DNA of 64,000 nt from an uncultured virus (IMG/VR IMGVR_UViG_3300017971_000212) (lineage: Duplodnaviria; Heunggongvirae; Uroviricota; Caudoviricetes). The notes beneath the pieces are model-generated. The model had not been told where the DNA came from. It saw nothing but the letters and a program-made list of their open reading frames with translations, and ran no database searches. The DNA lies in the IMG/VR virus record IMGVR_UViG_3300017971_000212; one strand, written 5' to 3'. The position numbers were made by a program, and so were the translations under genes. Below, piece after piece: positions 46,176 to 54,714 of this stretch. Position 1 is the first letter of the stretch; the number at the start of each line of letters is the position of its first letter.

Positions 46176-47047
46176 AGGACCTTCTCCGGGCCGTCCATCC
46201 AAACAGCGGCGGCCGAGAAGTCATCTGCGTGCTGCCACCGTTCGCGTTCGCAGAACCTGGTGAGGAATTTCTGACATCGGCGCTGCATGAAGCGCCCCTT
46301 GGTGCCCTTGACGTCGAGCACCTGCTCGACTACACGCTCGACGGGGACCTTCTCCAGCGTCCGGCTCGTGTCGGTCTCCACCATGTGCTGGAAGGACAGG
46401 ACGCCGTCGGACATCAGGACCACGAGGTCGTGGTCCTTCGCGTTGAAGAACCAGTCTTCGGGGTGCCCGGTGAAGTGCTGCGAGAACGCGTGAGATCCGT
46501 CGCGTCCCATGAGGCCGGGAGCGTAGGTCCGAACGAAACTCCTGTCTCCGTACGCCGCTCGATACCCTTCAAGTCGTTGCGGGTCGGCCTCGTAGTTCAG
46601 GTACAGGGGTGCGCCCTTTGGGTGGTCGACCACGTGGAAGACGAAGGCGCCGTCTCGGCGTCGTGCCGCGACCACGCCGTCGCCGCGCACCCTCACGCGG
46701 ACGCCGAGGACGCCCTCCTCGGACTCGCCGCGGTCGGTCTCTAGCCACGCCATGAGCAGCGTGGAGTCCAGACACCTGGGATCGAGGTTCACTTCGTAGA
46801 CTGCCTGCCCGGCGGTCTCGAGGATCTCGATCTCCTTGAACCCGCGCCCGGTCTGCGTGAAATTCATGTGAAATGCGGCCGACGCCGCCAGCAGCCGGGC
46901 TCCGATGTCGGTGTCGGGAGACGACGAGCACCCGTCGCACAGGATGGCGTACGGGATGCCGTTCTCCTGGCGTCCGGCCGTGGCGTAGTCCTCGCACACC
47001 GCGTGCGTCTTTCCGATGGCGAAGGACGCGTCTGAGTTCGTGTCCAT
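46172..47047 (-). CDS. PP2C-like phosphatase
   Basis: GKTHAVCEDY, LCDGCSS, GDGVV, LMSDG, HADD. Confidence 0.85.
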   Translation of the reverse strand: MDTNSDASFAIGKTHAVCEDYATAGRQENGIPYAILCDGCSSSPDTDIGARLLAASAAFHMNFTQTGRGFKEIEILETAGQAVYEVNLDPRCLDSTLLMAWLETDRGESEEGVLGVRVRVRGDGVVAARRRDGAFVFHVVDHPKGAPLYLNYEADPQRLEGYRAAYGDRSFVRTYAPGLMGRDGSHAFSQHFTGHPEDWFFNAKDHDLVVLMSDGVLSFQHMVETDTSRTLEKVPVERVVEQVLDVKGTKGRFMQRRCQKFLTRFCERERWQHADDFSAAAVWMDGPEKVL

Positions 47048-47052
47048 CGGCC

Positions 47053-47793
47053 TCAGAAAGCCAGCGATTGACTTGGCCCTCCCGTGCCGAGCGCCTGGCT
47101 CTGCGCGGAGATCGACCGGCTCACGAAGTCGGCCAGCTTGGCCAGCGTGTTCGCGTCGGCGTCTCCGAGCTCGACGTACTGGGTGAACCCGGCCGTCTGC
47201 GCCAGGTCCTTCAGCAGGCCGCTGAGCTGCGGCTCCTGCACGTTGACCCCCACGAGGATGCTGATGATGGACTCTAGCGCCTCGCTCTGGACGGCGCGTT
47301 CCAGCGCCTTGTGCAGCTCGCTCGCGGTCATGGTCGAGGCGTTGTCTGCCCCGTCCGTGATCACGACCACGATGGCGTTGACGTCGAAGTCCTGCGCGAC
47401 CAGGGCCTTGCCGTAGATGGCGACCGAGTCGGCGGCGTTGCAGCCGGCGTCGTACAGCGCGGTCGTGCCGCCGGTCTGCACCGAGCCCGTGTAGGAACCC
47501 ACGTCGCACTCGGAGAGCGGACGGAACCCGTGGATCTCGTGCAGCTGGCGGTTGAACAGGGTCAGGCGCAGCATCAGGTTGTCCGCTCGCGGGGAGTGAC
47601 GGCACGCCTGGACGGTCGCCTTGACGCAGTCCTCCATCTCCTTGCGGAAGTGGGTGACGCTGCTGCTCCCGTCGCACGTGATGACGACGAGCGTGTACTC
47701 GGTGGCCCCCAGCTCGTCGATGCGCTTCGCGCTGAAGCCGTAGTTCGAGCCCTGGATGGCGTGGTCGTCCATGTTGTCTGCGATGATCGGCAT
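47053..47793 (-). CDS. vWA domain protein (TerY-like)
   Basis: MIDAS residues DGSSS, GGTTALYDA, ITDG.DN. Confidence 0.88.
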   Translation of the reverse strand: MPIIADNMDDHAIQGSNYGFSAKRIDELGATEYTLVVITCDGSSSVTHFRKEMEDCVKATVQACRHSPRADNLMLRLTLFNRQLHEIHGFRPLSECDVGSYTGSVQTGGTTALYDAGCNAADSVAIYGKALVAQDFDVNAIVVVITDGADNASTMTASELHKALERAVQSEALESIISILVGVNVQEPQLSGLLKDLAQTAGFTQYVELGDADANTLAKLADFVSRSISAQSQALGTGGPSQSLAF

Positions 47794-47805
47794 GTCGTGC
47801 CTCCG

Positions 47806-48627
47806 TCAGTCCGCGAGGAACTTGTCCGTGGTCGAGACCTGCATCCCCTTCACCTGCATGGTGGAGAGGAACGTGGCGACCTTGTCGCTGAACAGGGTCG
47901 TGCCGGGCGGGTCGGGGATGACCGACGCGGCGTCCTGGAGGAGCACCATCTTGCCGACGTAGACGGGATCGCTGAACGCGGCGACGATGTCCTCGATGGT
48001 CGAGAGCAGGCAGTGCGACAGGGCCTCGCCCGCGAGCAGGATCACGTCGGCGTCCTCCAGCGTCTGGATGAAGCTCGTGTTGACCTGGGTCGTGGGGTCC
48101 TCCGGGTCGGGAACCTCGGCCTTGACGCCCGAGAAGTGCTCCGTCCACGGGTTGCTTCCCTTGGTGATGTAGTCCGCCTGGGCGAACCGCTCGCGCTCCC
48201 ACTCGTGGATCGCGGCCGAGAGCACGGGGACGACGGTGTGGCCCTCGTCTCCGATGAGGCAGTGGTACGGCCAGATCACGTGGGGATAGCGACCACCGGA
48301 CTCCAGGGTCTCCAGGTAGGCCAAGGACCTCTTGAACATGCCCGGCTGCGTGGTGGTCCACTTGCCATCCTTGAGGTCCTGGGCGGTGATGATGGTGAAG
48401 CAGTCCGGGTTCTTGCCCGAGGAGTCCTTCCACCAGATGGGGTGGCTGATGTCCACGACGCGGTGGCTGTCCAGAGTGACGTGGATGTCCGTCAACTTGT
48501 TCTTGAGGCGCCTCACGAGCCCGGCGAGGCGCTCCATGTCGCCCTCGGCTCCGGGCACGTACAGGCTGCCCCTCGGATCGCAGAAATCGCGCTGTGGGTC
48601 AATTACGACGACGTGTATCGAGGTCAT
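47806..48627 (-). CDS. pncA: nicotinamidase (isochorismatase fold)
   Basis: IDPQRDFC..GSLYVPGA, TLDSH, H, WPYHC, KG, GEALSHC. Confidence 0.88.
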   Translation of the reverse strand: MTSIHVVVIDPQRDFCDPRGSLYVPGAEGDMERLAGLVRRLKNKLTDIHVTLDSHRVVDISHPIWWKDSSGKNPDCFTIITAQDLKDGKWTTTQPGMFKRSLAYLETLESGGRYPHVIWPYHCLIGDEGHTVVPVLSAAIHEWERERFAQADYITKGSNPWTEHFSGVKAEVPDPEDPTTQVNTSFIQTLEDADVILLAGEALSHCLLSTIEDIVAAFSDPVYVGKMVLLQDAASVIPDPPGTTLFSDKVATFLSTMQVKGMQVSTTDKFLAD

Positions 48628-49486
48628 GGTCCTCACTTTTTTTTGGTTGTGGAAACGGAACGTGTTTCCAGGTTTTGCGTTTGACGACGAACGCGATGGT
48701 GCCCCTTGAGACCTTGAAGCGAGAGGCGAGGACACCGATGCTTTCACCGTTATAATGCGCTAGGAGGATCTCCTGCACTTTGCTTTCGTCGAGTTTCGCG
48801 AGGTGGTTTGAGGTGCCTCGCCTTTTGGTCGGGTGTCCCTTCAGGAAGGGGGTCCGAGCCTTTTTCTCTCTGGAGATCGCCACATCAAGCGGCCATTTTT
48901 CAAGTCGATACTCCAGCGCCTGCGGGGTGATGTTCAGTTCCTCGGCCCACTCCACGAGAGGTTTGGTTACGCCGTTGGCGGTGAGCAACCGTGTACGAGA
49001 CGTGTTGCGCGCCTGTTCCTTCGGCGTTGCCCAACGGACGTTGCCGGGTTCGTAGTCTCCCTCGTTGTCGATCCGGTCCAGGGAGTGTTGAGCCGACGGA
49101 CGGGGCCCCATGTCTGTGTAGAACGCCTCGAAACTCTCGTTCCATCGTTTGCACACGCGCACGCGGCCGGCGTAGTTATGGAATTCTTGATGCCGAGGGT
49201 TGGAACACCGACCCTTCATGTTCGTCCAGATGCGGTACTCCGGTCGGTAGCTGGGAGCGACTACCAAATCTTGGACCGGTTCCTCGCTCTCAACTTTTTC
49301 CAGTTCGGCGAGTTTGTAGACCTGAGCCCAAGCACCGTGCTTGTGCGAAAAGAACCCCACCGGGCAGAGCCAGACCCCGCGTTTTTGGAACGGGTCACTC
49401 AGGGCCACCCCCGAGGAGACCGCTCTGGCGCGGGATTTACGGCCGGTCTGTTGGGTGAGCCGCACAGTAGTTCCTCTCTTGATCAT
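48599..49486 (-). CDS. HNH-type homing endonuclease with a C-terminal HTH
   Basis: EYRIW.NMK.RC.NP...Y, MGPRPS..HSLDRIDN.G.YEPGNVRWAT..EQ.RN; lower GC. Confidence 0.88.
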   Translation of the reverse strand: MIKRGTTVRLTQQTGRKSRARAVSSGVALSDPFQKRGVWLCPVGFFSHKHGAWAQVYKLAELEKVESEEPVQDLVVAPSYRPEYRIWTNMKGRCSNPRHQEFHNYAGRVRVCKRWNESFEAFYTDMGPRPSAQHSLDRIDNEGDYEPGNVRWATPKEQARNTSRTRLLTANGVTKPLVEWAEELNITPQALEYRLEKWPLDVAISREKKARTPFLKGHPTKRRGTSNHLAKLDESKVQEILLAHYNGESIGVLASRFKVSRGTIAFVVKRKTWKHVPFPQPKKSEDHDLDTRRRN

Positions 49487-49528
49487 GGGGTATTCTCTCC
49501 TCAGAAAGAATACTACCCATCTCGGGTG

Positions 49529-49861
49529 TCATCTCCTGTCCTTTTCTGGAAAGACGGGGATCTGCTGCGTGCCCTTCGTGCCGGGCACAGTTCCCCGGCA
49601 GGGGATTTCCTTGGTCCGTTCGGTATGTTCGGTGAGTCCGCAGGTCTCGCACGTCCGGGACCAGCGGGGATGAATCTCGTCCGGGACGAAGATGTCCTCG
49701 CAGTCCCGTCCCGGATGCCACCACGCGGACTTCGTCCTGTAGCCGGGTGTCTTCCGCGGGACGTACTGGACTTCGCCCCACTTGTGGGGGCACCTCGTCT
49801 GCTGCGCCTTGAGACCCCGGATCTGGGCCTCGAGCGCATCGATCTGGGCTTGGAGGGTCAT
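49529..49861 (-). CDS. hypothetical Zn-ribbon protein
   Basis: CPHKW...CETCG. Confidence 0.6.
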   Translation of the reverse strand: MTLQAQIDALEAQIRGLKAQQTRCPHKWGEVQYVPRKTPGYRTKSAWWHPGRDCEDIFVPDEIHPRWSRTCETCGLTEHTERTKEIPCRGTVPGTKGTQQIPVFPEKDRR

Positions 49862-49866
49862 CCCGG

Positions 49867-50928
49867 TCAGACCTCCGGCAGCTCGTCGGTGAGGATGCCA
49901 GCGTCGAGGAGTTCCTTGCGTGTCCCGAGAGCCGGGATGTTGGGGTTGAACTTGTGGCGCGTGCTCCGTTCCCACCTGCGAGCGGACTCCAGGAAGGCTC
50001 GTACGTCCCTCTCGCTGTGGTCGGGATCGAAGAAGGATTTCGCTTCCTTGACGAGGGCGTCCATGTTGAACTCCCAGTCGCCGCTGATGCTGTCGTGCCC
50101 CTTGTCCTTGGCGAACAGCCACCCTCCGTTGATGCCGCAGAGGGAGTCGAACCAGGCCGAGAACCCGTGGTCAAGGAACCGGCTCAGGCGTTCGATGGTG
50201 CCAACCTTCGTGTACTCGCCGGTCTCGAGGTCGATGCGGCTGTAGGACCACTCGACGCCGGACAGCGCGGTGAGCTCGGCCTCGTCGTTGTGCTCGTCGC
50301 CGACTCCCCAGAGGTCGGGGGTCGGGAGGGCCTTGATGATCTCGTGCGGGACGCCCAGGGCCAGGGCGAGCTGGTAGACCTCGCCCTTGCTGAGCATCGC
50401 GAGCGGGTTCGTGTCGACCTCGCCGTCGCCACCCTTCTGATAGAACCGCAGCCATCGATCTTCGCACTCGTTGCCAGTGCCGTGTCGGATGGCGCCCCCC
50501 GTCAGGCGGCCCATGAAGCGGCCCAGCGGAGCGCGAAGGGTCGAGCGCAGCGACCCCATGATGGTCGGCTGCGCCTTGCAGCGCGCTTCGATCTCGCTCA
50601 TGTCGTAACCGGCGTCCGCGAGGGACTGGAGGGCCGCCTGGACGACGGCGCCGTATCCGTGGCGGCCCTCGACCTCGCAGAGCCTCACGCCAGCAACCTC
50701 GGCCACCGCGCGGGCGTGTCGTCGCGACTCGTCGCTACTGTCGATGCTCGAGTAGACGGCGGTGACGTTCCCGGCGCCGAGAGCCCGCACCAGCAGGAGG
50801 AGCATCACGGCCGAGTCGACGCCGCCCGAGACGTCGATCTCGGCGCGGGGGATGCCGACCTGCTCGTGGTGGGCCCGAATGGCGGCCACTCGGTTGGTGA
50901 TCAGGGCGTGTCGGTTGATTACTGGCAT
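49867..50928 (-). CDS. nadE: NH3-dependent NAD+ synthetase
   Basis: SGGVDSAV, GTGN..ED, FYQKGGDG, K.EVY.LA..LG.P, PTPDLW, DE.EL; no glutaminase domain. Confidence 0.92.
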   Translation of the reverse strand: MPVINRHALITNRVAAIRAHHEQVGIPRAEIDVSGGVDSAVMLLLLVRALGAGNVTAVYSSIDSSDESRRHARAVAEVAGVRLCEVEGRHGYGAVVQAALQSLADAGYDMSEIEARCKAQPTIMGSLRSTLRAPLGRFMGRLTGGAIRHGTGNECEDRWLRFYQKGGDGEVDTNPLAMLSKGEVYQLALALGVPHEIIKALPTPDLWGVGDEHNDEAELTALSGVEWSYSRIDLETGEYTKVGTIERLSRFLDHGFSAWFDSLCGINGGWLFAKDKGHDSISGDWEFNMDALVKEAKSFFDPDHSERDVRAFLESARRWERSTRHKFNPNIPALGTRKELLDAGILTDELPEV

Positions 50929-50935
50929 CGTTTCC

Positions 50936-52423
50936 TCACCGGAGCCTCGCGCAGGCCGCCTCGTGCTCGGCCTCGCACCTGGAGACGAGGGCCGAAGTGC
51001 CCTCGCTCTGGACGTGTGGGATGGGGTGGTCTCCCCAGATGCAGCGGCCGTCCACCAGTCGGGGTTCGGCTCGCACGATGCGAAGCTGCTCGGTCACTTC
51101 GGGATTGCCGTTGAGCACGATGTAGTTCTCGGGAGGTGTCTCGCCAGCCTGTCCGACGATGCCGACGGGGCCGTCCCCTCGGAGCCGTCGCCAGATCACC
51201 GGCTGCCCCGGAATGCTGCGCTTGCCCTCCCCCTCGTCGTCGCTGATCTTCATGGTCGGTCGCTCGCCGGTCTGGCACAGCTTGAAGACGGCCGCGACTC
51301 GCGACCGGGTGAGCGGGGTGGGCAGCGTCTTCGCCGTGAGCTGGCCGCCGATCATGTAGCTCAGTCGGTTCGCCTCCCACCCGACCAGCTCGCGGAGCAT
51401 CTCGAACTCGCGGATCATCCGGCCGTCGACGTCGCCCGCGACGTTGATCGTGACGTTGTCGAGCCCGCGTCGCTTGAACTCGCTGGCGGCCGCGTGGAAG
51501 AACACCTTGCGGTCTCCCGAGTCGAGTCGGAAGAGGAACTGGCGGTCGGGGTTCGCGGCAGCGATCTCCATCGTGGCCGGGAGGCCGGACCGGAGGGTGT
51601 CCGTCGTGTCCGACAGGCACGAGACCAGGCCGCACACCCGGTCCATGTAGTTCCGGTAGGCGGTGCGGTCGTCGCCGCAGCGCTGCGAGTGTTCGTGCCC
51701 GGCGGTCCCGGTCGGGATGAGGCCGAGTTCCCGGGCGCCGAACACGTTGCTCGTCCGCGTGATGCCCACCTCCCTGCACGCCTCCAGCACCATGCGGTGG
51801 TGGTCCAGGCAGAGGGCCGCCCGCAGCCCACCCTCGATGAGCCGAAGCCCCACGTCCCCACCGCGAAGGGAGTCGACGATGTCCGTCGCCCACTTCTGCA
51901 CGTTCCTGGGGTAATCGTCATCGCGAACAACCTGGCGCTTGGTCTTGAGCAGGTCTAAGACCCTCTCCACGATCTCCCGGTGCTCGTCGCAGATGACGCT
52001 GATCGGCGCCTCCTCCTCAGGGGTCCCCTCGGTCAGCTTGAGCTGGGTGGCCAGTTGGATGGCGTAGTTGAGCCACGTGAGGCGAGCCTCGGTCAGGCTC
52101 ACGAGGAAAGACGGGCACGTCGAGGTGAGGATCGGCTCGCGGTTTCCGAACCATGTTCCCCGCGGGACGGCGCGGACCTCGAGCGAGCCGGAGAGCGCCT
52201 GTCGCATCGCCTCGGTGAGTCGGTAGTTGTTGGCGGCGAGGTACTCGTACTCGTCGTCGGTCGGGGGCGTCGGCACCAGCGCGCGAACCTCGGCCTCGAG
52301 GTCGAACGGGTTGAAGTGCCATCCCCCGCGACGGAACGAGAAGTAGAACGTCTCGCGGCGCAGGGGGAAGCCTGCCTGCCCCATCGAGAACTTGTAGCCG
52401 TCGGTTGCAAGGATGCTCGTCAT
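50936..52423 (-). CDS. pncB: nicotinate phosphoribosyltransferase
   Basis: TDGYKFSM, E.GLR, TSNV, GTAGHE, DT, RLDSGD, VFKL, KIS...K.SIPG. Confidence 0.88.
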   Translation of the reverse strand: MTSILATDGYKFSMGQAGFPLRRETFYFSFRRGGWHFNPFDLEAEVRALVPTPPTDDEYEYLAANNYRLTEAMRQALSGSLEVRAVPRGTWFGNREPILTSTCPSFLVSLTEARLTWLNYAIQLATQLKLTEGTPEEEAPISVICDEHREIVERVLDLLKTKRQVVRDDDYPRNVQKWATDIVDSLRGGDVGLRLIEGGLRAALCLDHHRMVLEACREVGITRTSNVFGARELGLIPTGTAGHEHSQRCGDDRTAYRNYMDRVCGLVSCLSDTTDTLRSGLPATMEIAAANPDRQFLFRLDSGDRKVFFHAAASEFKRRGLDNVTINVAGDVDGRMIREFEMLRELVGWEANRLSYMIGGQLTAKTLPTPLTRSRVAAVFKLCQTGERPTMKISDDEGEGKRSIPGQPVIWRRLRGDGPVGIVGQAGETPPENYIVLNGNPEVTEQLRIVRAEPRLVDGRCIWGDHPIPHVQSEGTSALVSRCEAEHEAACARLR

Positions 52424-52746
52424 CGGGTCACTTCTTCTACTCTCTGCACGACCTTTTCGGGCATCCTACACCGATTTTAGGGCGCCTGTACCTTATTTTT
52501 GGGCACCTATGGCGTGAGGTTGCTCACTGCGCTCCAGAGGCCCTCTCAGAGCCTCTCAGCGCCCTTCTGCCGTCTCCTCAATCCAGCTGCGCGGGGACCT
52601 CTCCGGCCCCTGGCGCGCGGTCCACGGCGATTCCGTGGCGCCTGAGCACCAATTTGGCCTGGTGCCACGCGGACAGAAGGAGAGGATCGGGACGGAGAGG
52701 GATCGTCTCCGCGAGATCCTTCAGGGCATCGAGGGCGCGTTGTAGG

Positions 52747-53004
52747 TCAGAAGAACTGGATGGGTGGGACGTAGTTCGCGAGTTCATCGTGCTCGGTCTC
52801 CTGGGGTTCTTCCTTCCCGTGCCGAGCTCCGATGGCTTCGTCAAATTTTCGGCGATCTTCGTCGGTCACGGGACCGAGCCTCTCGCCCACGAGATCCTCC
52901 ACGTAGCCGGACACGCTGATCCCGAGCGCCTCGCAGTAGTCCTTGAGGCGCTGGTACGTGATCCCCTTGATGCTGATGCTCCGTCGCGTCCCCGTCTTAG
53001 CCAT
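52747..53004 (-). CDS. ribbon-helix-helix-like small DNA-binding protein
   Basis: RRSISIKGITYQRLKDYCEALGISVSGYVEDLV. Confidence 0.65.
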   Translation of the reverse strand: MAKTGTRRSISIKGITYQRLKDYCEALGISVSGYVEDLVGERLGPVTDEDRRKFDEAIGARHGKEEPQETEHDELANYVPPIQFF

Positions 53005-53191
53005 CTCGTCTCCGTTTTACCATGGACCCGGACTTCGCTTCCAGGTCGCAGCGAGGGCACTCGGGAACCTCGTCCTCCTCGGGCAGCTCGGGCTCGTCGT
53101 AGGGGTCGCCCCCGTACGTCTCCCACTGGTGGCCGCAGAGCGAGCACGCCCACTCGTGAACGACGCTGCTCTGGACGCGCCTGACGCCCAT
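52997..53191 (-). CDS. small Zn-ribbon protein
   Basis: CSLCGHQW...CPRC. Confidence 0.55.
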   Translation of the reverse strand: MGVRRVQSSVVHEWACSLCGHQWETYGGDPYDEPELPEEDEVPECPRCDLEAKSGSMVKRRRDG

Positions 53192-53201
53192 CGTGCCGCG
53201 G

Positions 53202-53738
53202 CTACTCCTCGCGCTTGGACGGCTTGTTTCGCCTGAAACTCACCCGCGGAGTAGGTTCGTCGCGCTGGACGGCCTCGAGGAGGATCTTCTTGCGCAGGGC
53301 GTCGTCGACCGCGGCCACGCGCTCCTCGTACTCCTTTCGGGGCCGGTGCGTGACGACCTCCTCGAAGAAGAACGGGAAGTCGCGGCCGAGGGCCTGCTTG
53401 AGCTCGTCGACGTTCCTCCCCTTCGGGATGTGCAGGGTGGCCTCGGGGATGTTGACGCTGGCCTCGCCCCTGTCGTCTCCCTCCACGATGCAGGTGCCGA
53501 CCTGGCCGCCGAGCCTCGCGACGGCCTCGATCCTGACGGCCTTCTTGATCTCGTTCAGGACCTCCCTGACGCGGTCTCCCAGCTCCCACAGGATGCTGCC
53601 GACCTCGACCTTGCGGTCGAGGGGCGCGGCGTTCATGGCCGCGTTCAGGTTCTCGAGTCCGTCGAGGAGAACCTGGTGCGCGACCCTCGTGTCGAAGGCT
53701 TGAGTCTGGTCTTGTCCCTTACCTTTGGCTTTGGTCAT
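53202..53738 (-). CDS. hypothetical protein
   Basis: AGGAG RBS; natural composition. Confidence 0.7.
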   Translation of the reverse strand: MTKAKGKGQDQTQAFDTRVAHQVLLDGLENLNAAMNAAPLDRKVEVGSILWELGDRVREVLNEIKKAVRIEAVARLGGQVGTCIVEGDDRGEASVNIPEATLHIPKGRNVDELKQALGRDFPFFFEEVVTHRPRKEYEERVAAVDDALRKKILLEAVQRDEPTPRVSFRRNKPSKREE

Positions 53739-53766
53739 GGCTTCGTCTCCTTTCACCCACGCGCCC

Positions 53767-54714
53767 TTACGGCTTCGCGAGTTGGTCTGCCGGGGTTGCT
53801 TCCGACAGGTCTATGCAGTCGTTGTGGAACATCCCCTCGTCCTGCACCCACTTGCATGCCTCGTCCTTCTCTACCTTCCCGCCACACTGGGCGCAGATGG
53901 CCTGGCGCTGCGCGAAGGCGTCCTCGATCACCTGGTCCGGGGTCGGCGTGAACTTTCCCTTTGTGCCGTGGGTTGACCGCGGTGCAGCGGGCGCGGTGTG
54001 CCCCGGTGCGGGGGGATCCGGCTCGTCGCCGAAGCCCTGCACCAGCTCGTCGACCGAGGCGTCCCTCTTTGCTTTCCGGACCTTCTCCGCGGCGATCCTC
54101 GCGGCGAGTGCTCGTTCCTCCGCCTCGAGGTCTGCGGCGATCTCGGCCTTTCGGCTGGTGACTCCGGCCACGCACTCCGCGGCGAGCGGACACCTCGCGC
54201 AGACGCTGCGATCCCCGGCCGAGTACGCGCCGAAGCACGACGTCTGTCGGATGGCCAACCCGCGGATGTAGGGGTCCTGGCTATAGGGATGCCCGTCGCC
54301 GCCGAACGGAAATTCGAGGAGATTCCCCTTCGGCTCTTCAGCTTCTCCGGTGTCGTCGAAGGCGCGCACGAACTCCTCCACGTCGACGTCGGTCGCCTCC
54401 CCCGGGGCGGCGTCGCCGACGACGGCGCGGGCCTCCTTGGCGCCCTCGGGGGTGAGGCCCCACTGGCCCTTCTTCTCGTACCTCGTCAACCCGCGGTCCC
54501 GCATCTGCCGCATGGCGATGCCTATCTTGCGGTGCGTGTTCGGACTTCCGTGACTCGAGGCGCCCAGCGCGTCCTCCGCGAGGCCCATGCGCTCGCAGAC
54601 GGGAGCGTACGTCTCCTTCATGGCGACCGCAACGCCCTCGTCGAACGCCGTGAGGTCGCCGAGCACCGCGAGGAGGTGTGGGGCGAAGGACGTGGGGGTG
54701 ACCCTCTCCGCCAT
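53767..54714 (-). CDS. Mrr-N-like winged-helix protein with Cys-rich domains
   Basis: IGIAMRQMRDRGL....KGQWGLTPEG; CFG.Y...C..C....C; CAQCG...FH.DC. Confidence 0.65.
   Translation of the reverse strand: MAERVTPTSFAPHLLAVLGDLTAFDEGVAVAMKETYAPVCERMGLAEDALGASSHGSPNTHRKIGIAMRQMRDRGLTRYEKKGQWGLTPEGAKEARAVVGDAAPGEATDVDVEEFVRAFDDTGEAEEPKGNLLEFPFGGDGHPYSQDPYIRGLAIRQTSCFGAYSAGDRSVCARCPLAAECVAGVTSRKAEIAADLEAEERALAARIAAEKVRKAKRDASVDELVQGFGDEPDPPAPGHTAPAAPRSTHGTKGKFTPTPDQVIEDAFAQRQAICAQCGGKVEKDEACKWVQDEGMFHNDCIDLSEATPADQLAKP

Noticed and set aside
52424..52520. NrtR operator upstream of pncB
   Set aside because: I could not find a convincing palindrome; only a possible -10 element (TAGGAT on the minus strand) is visible.
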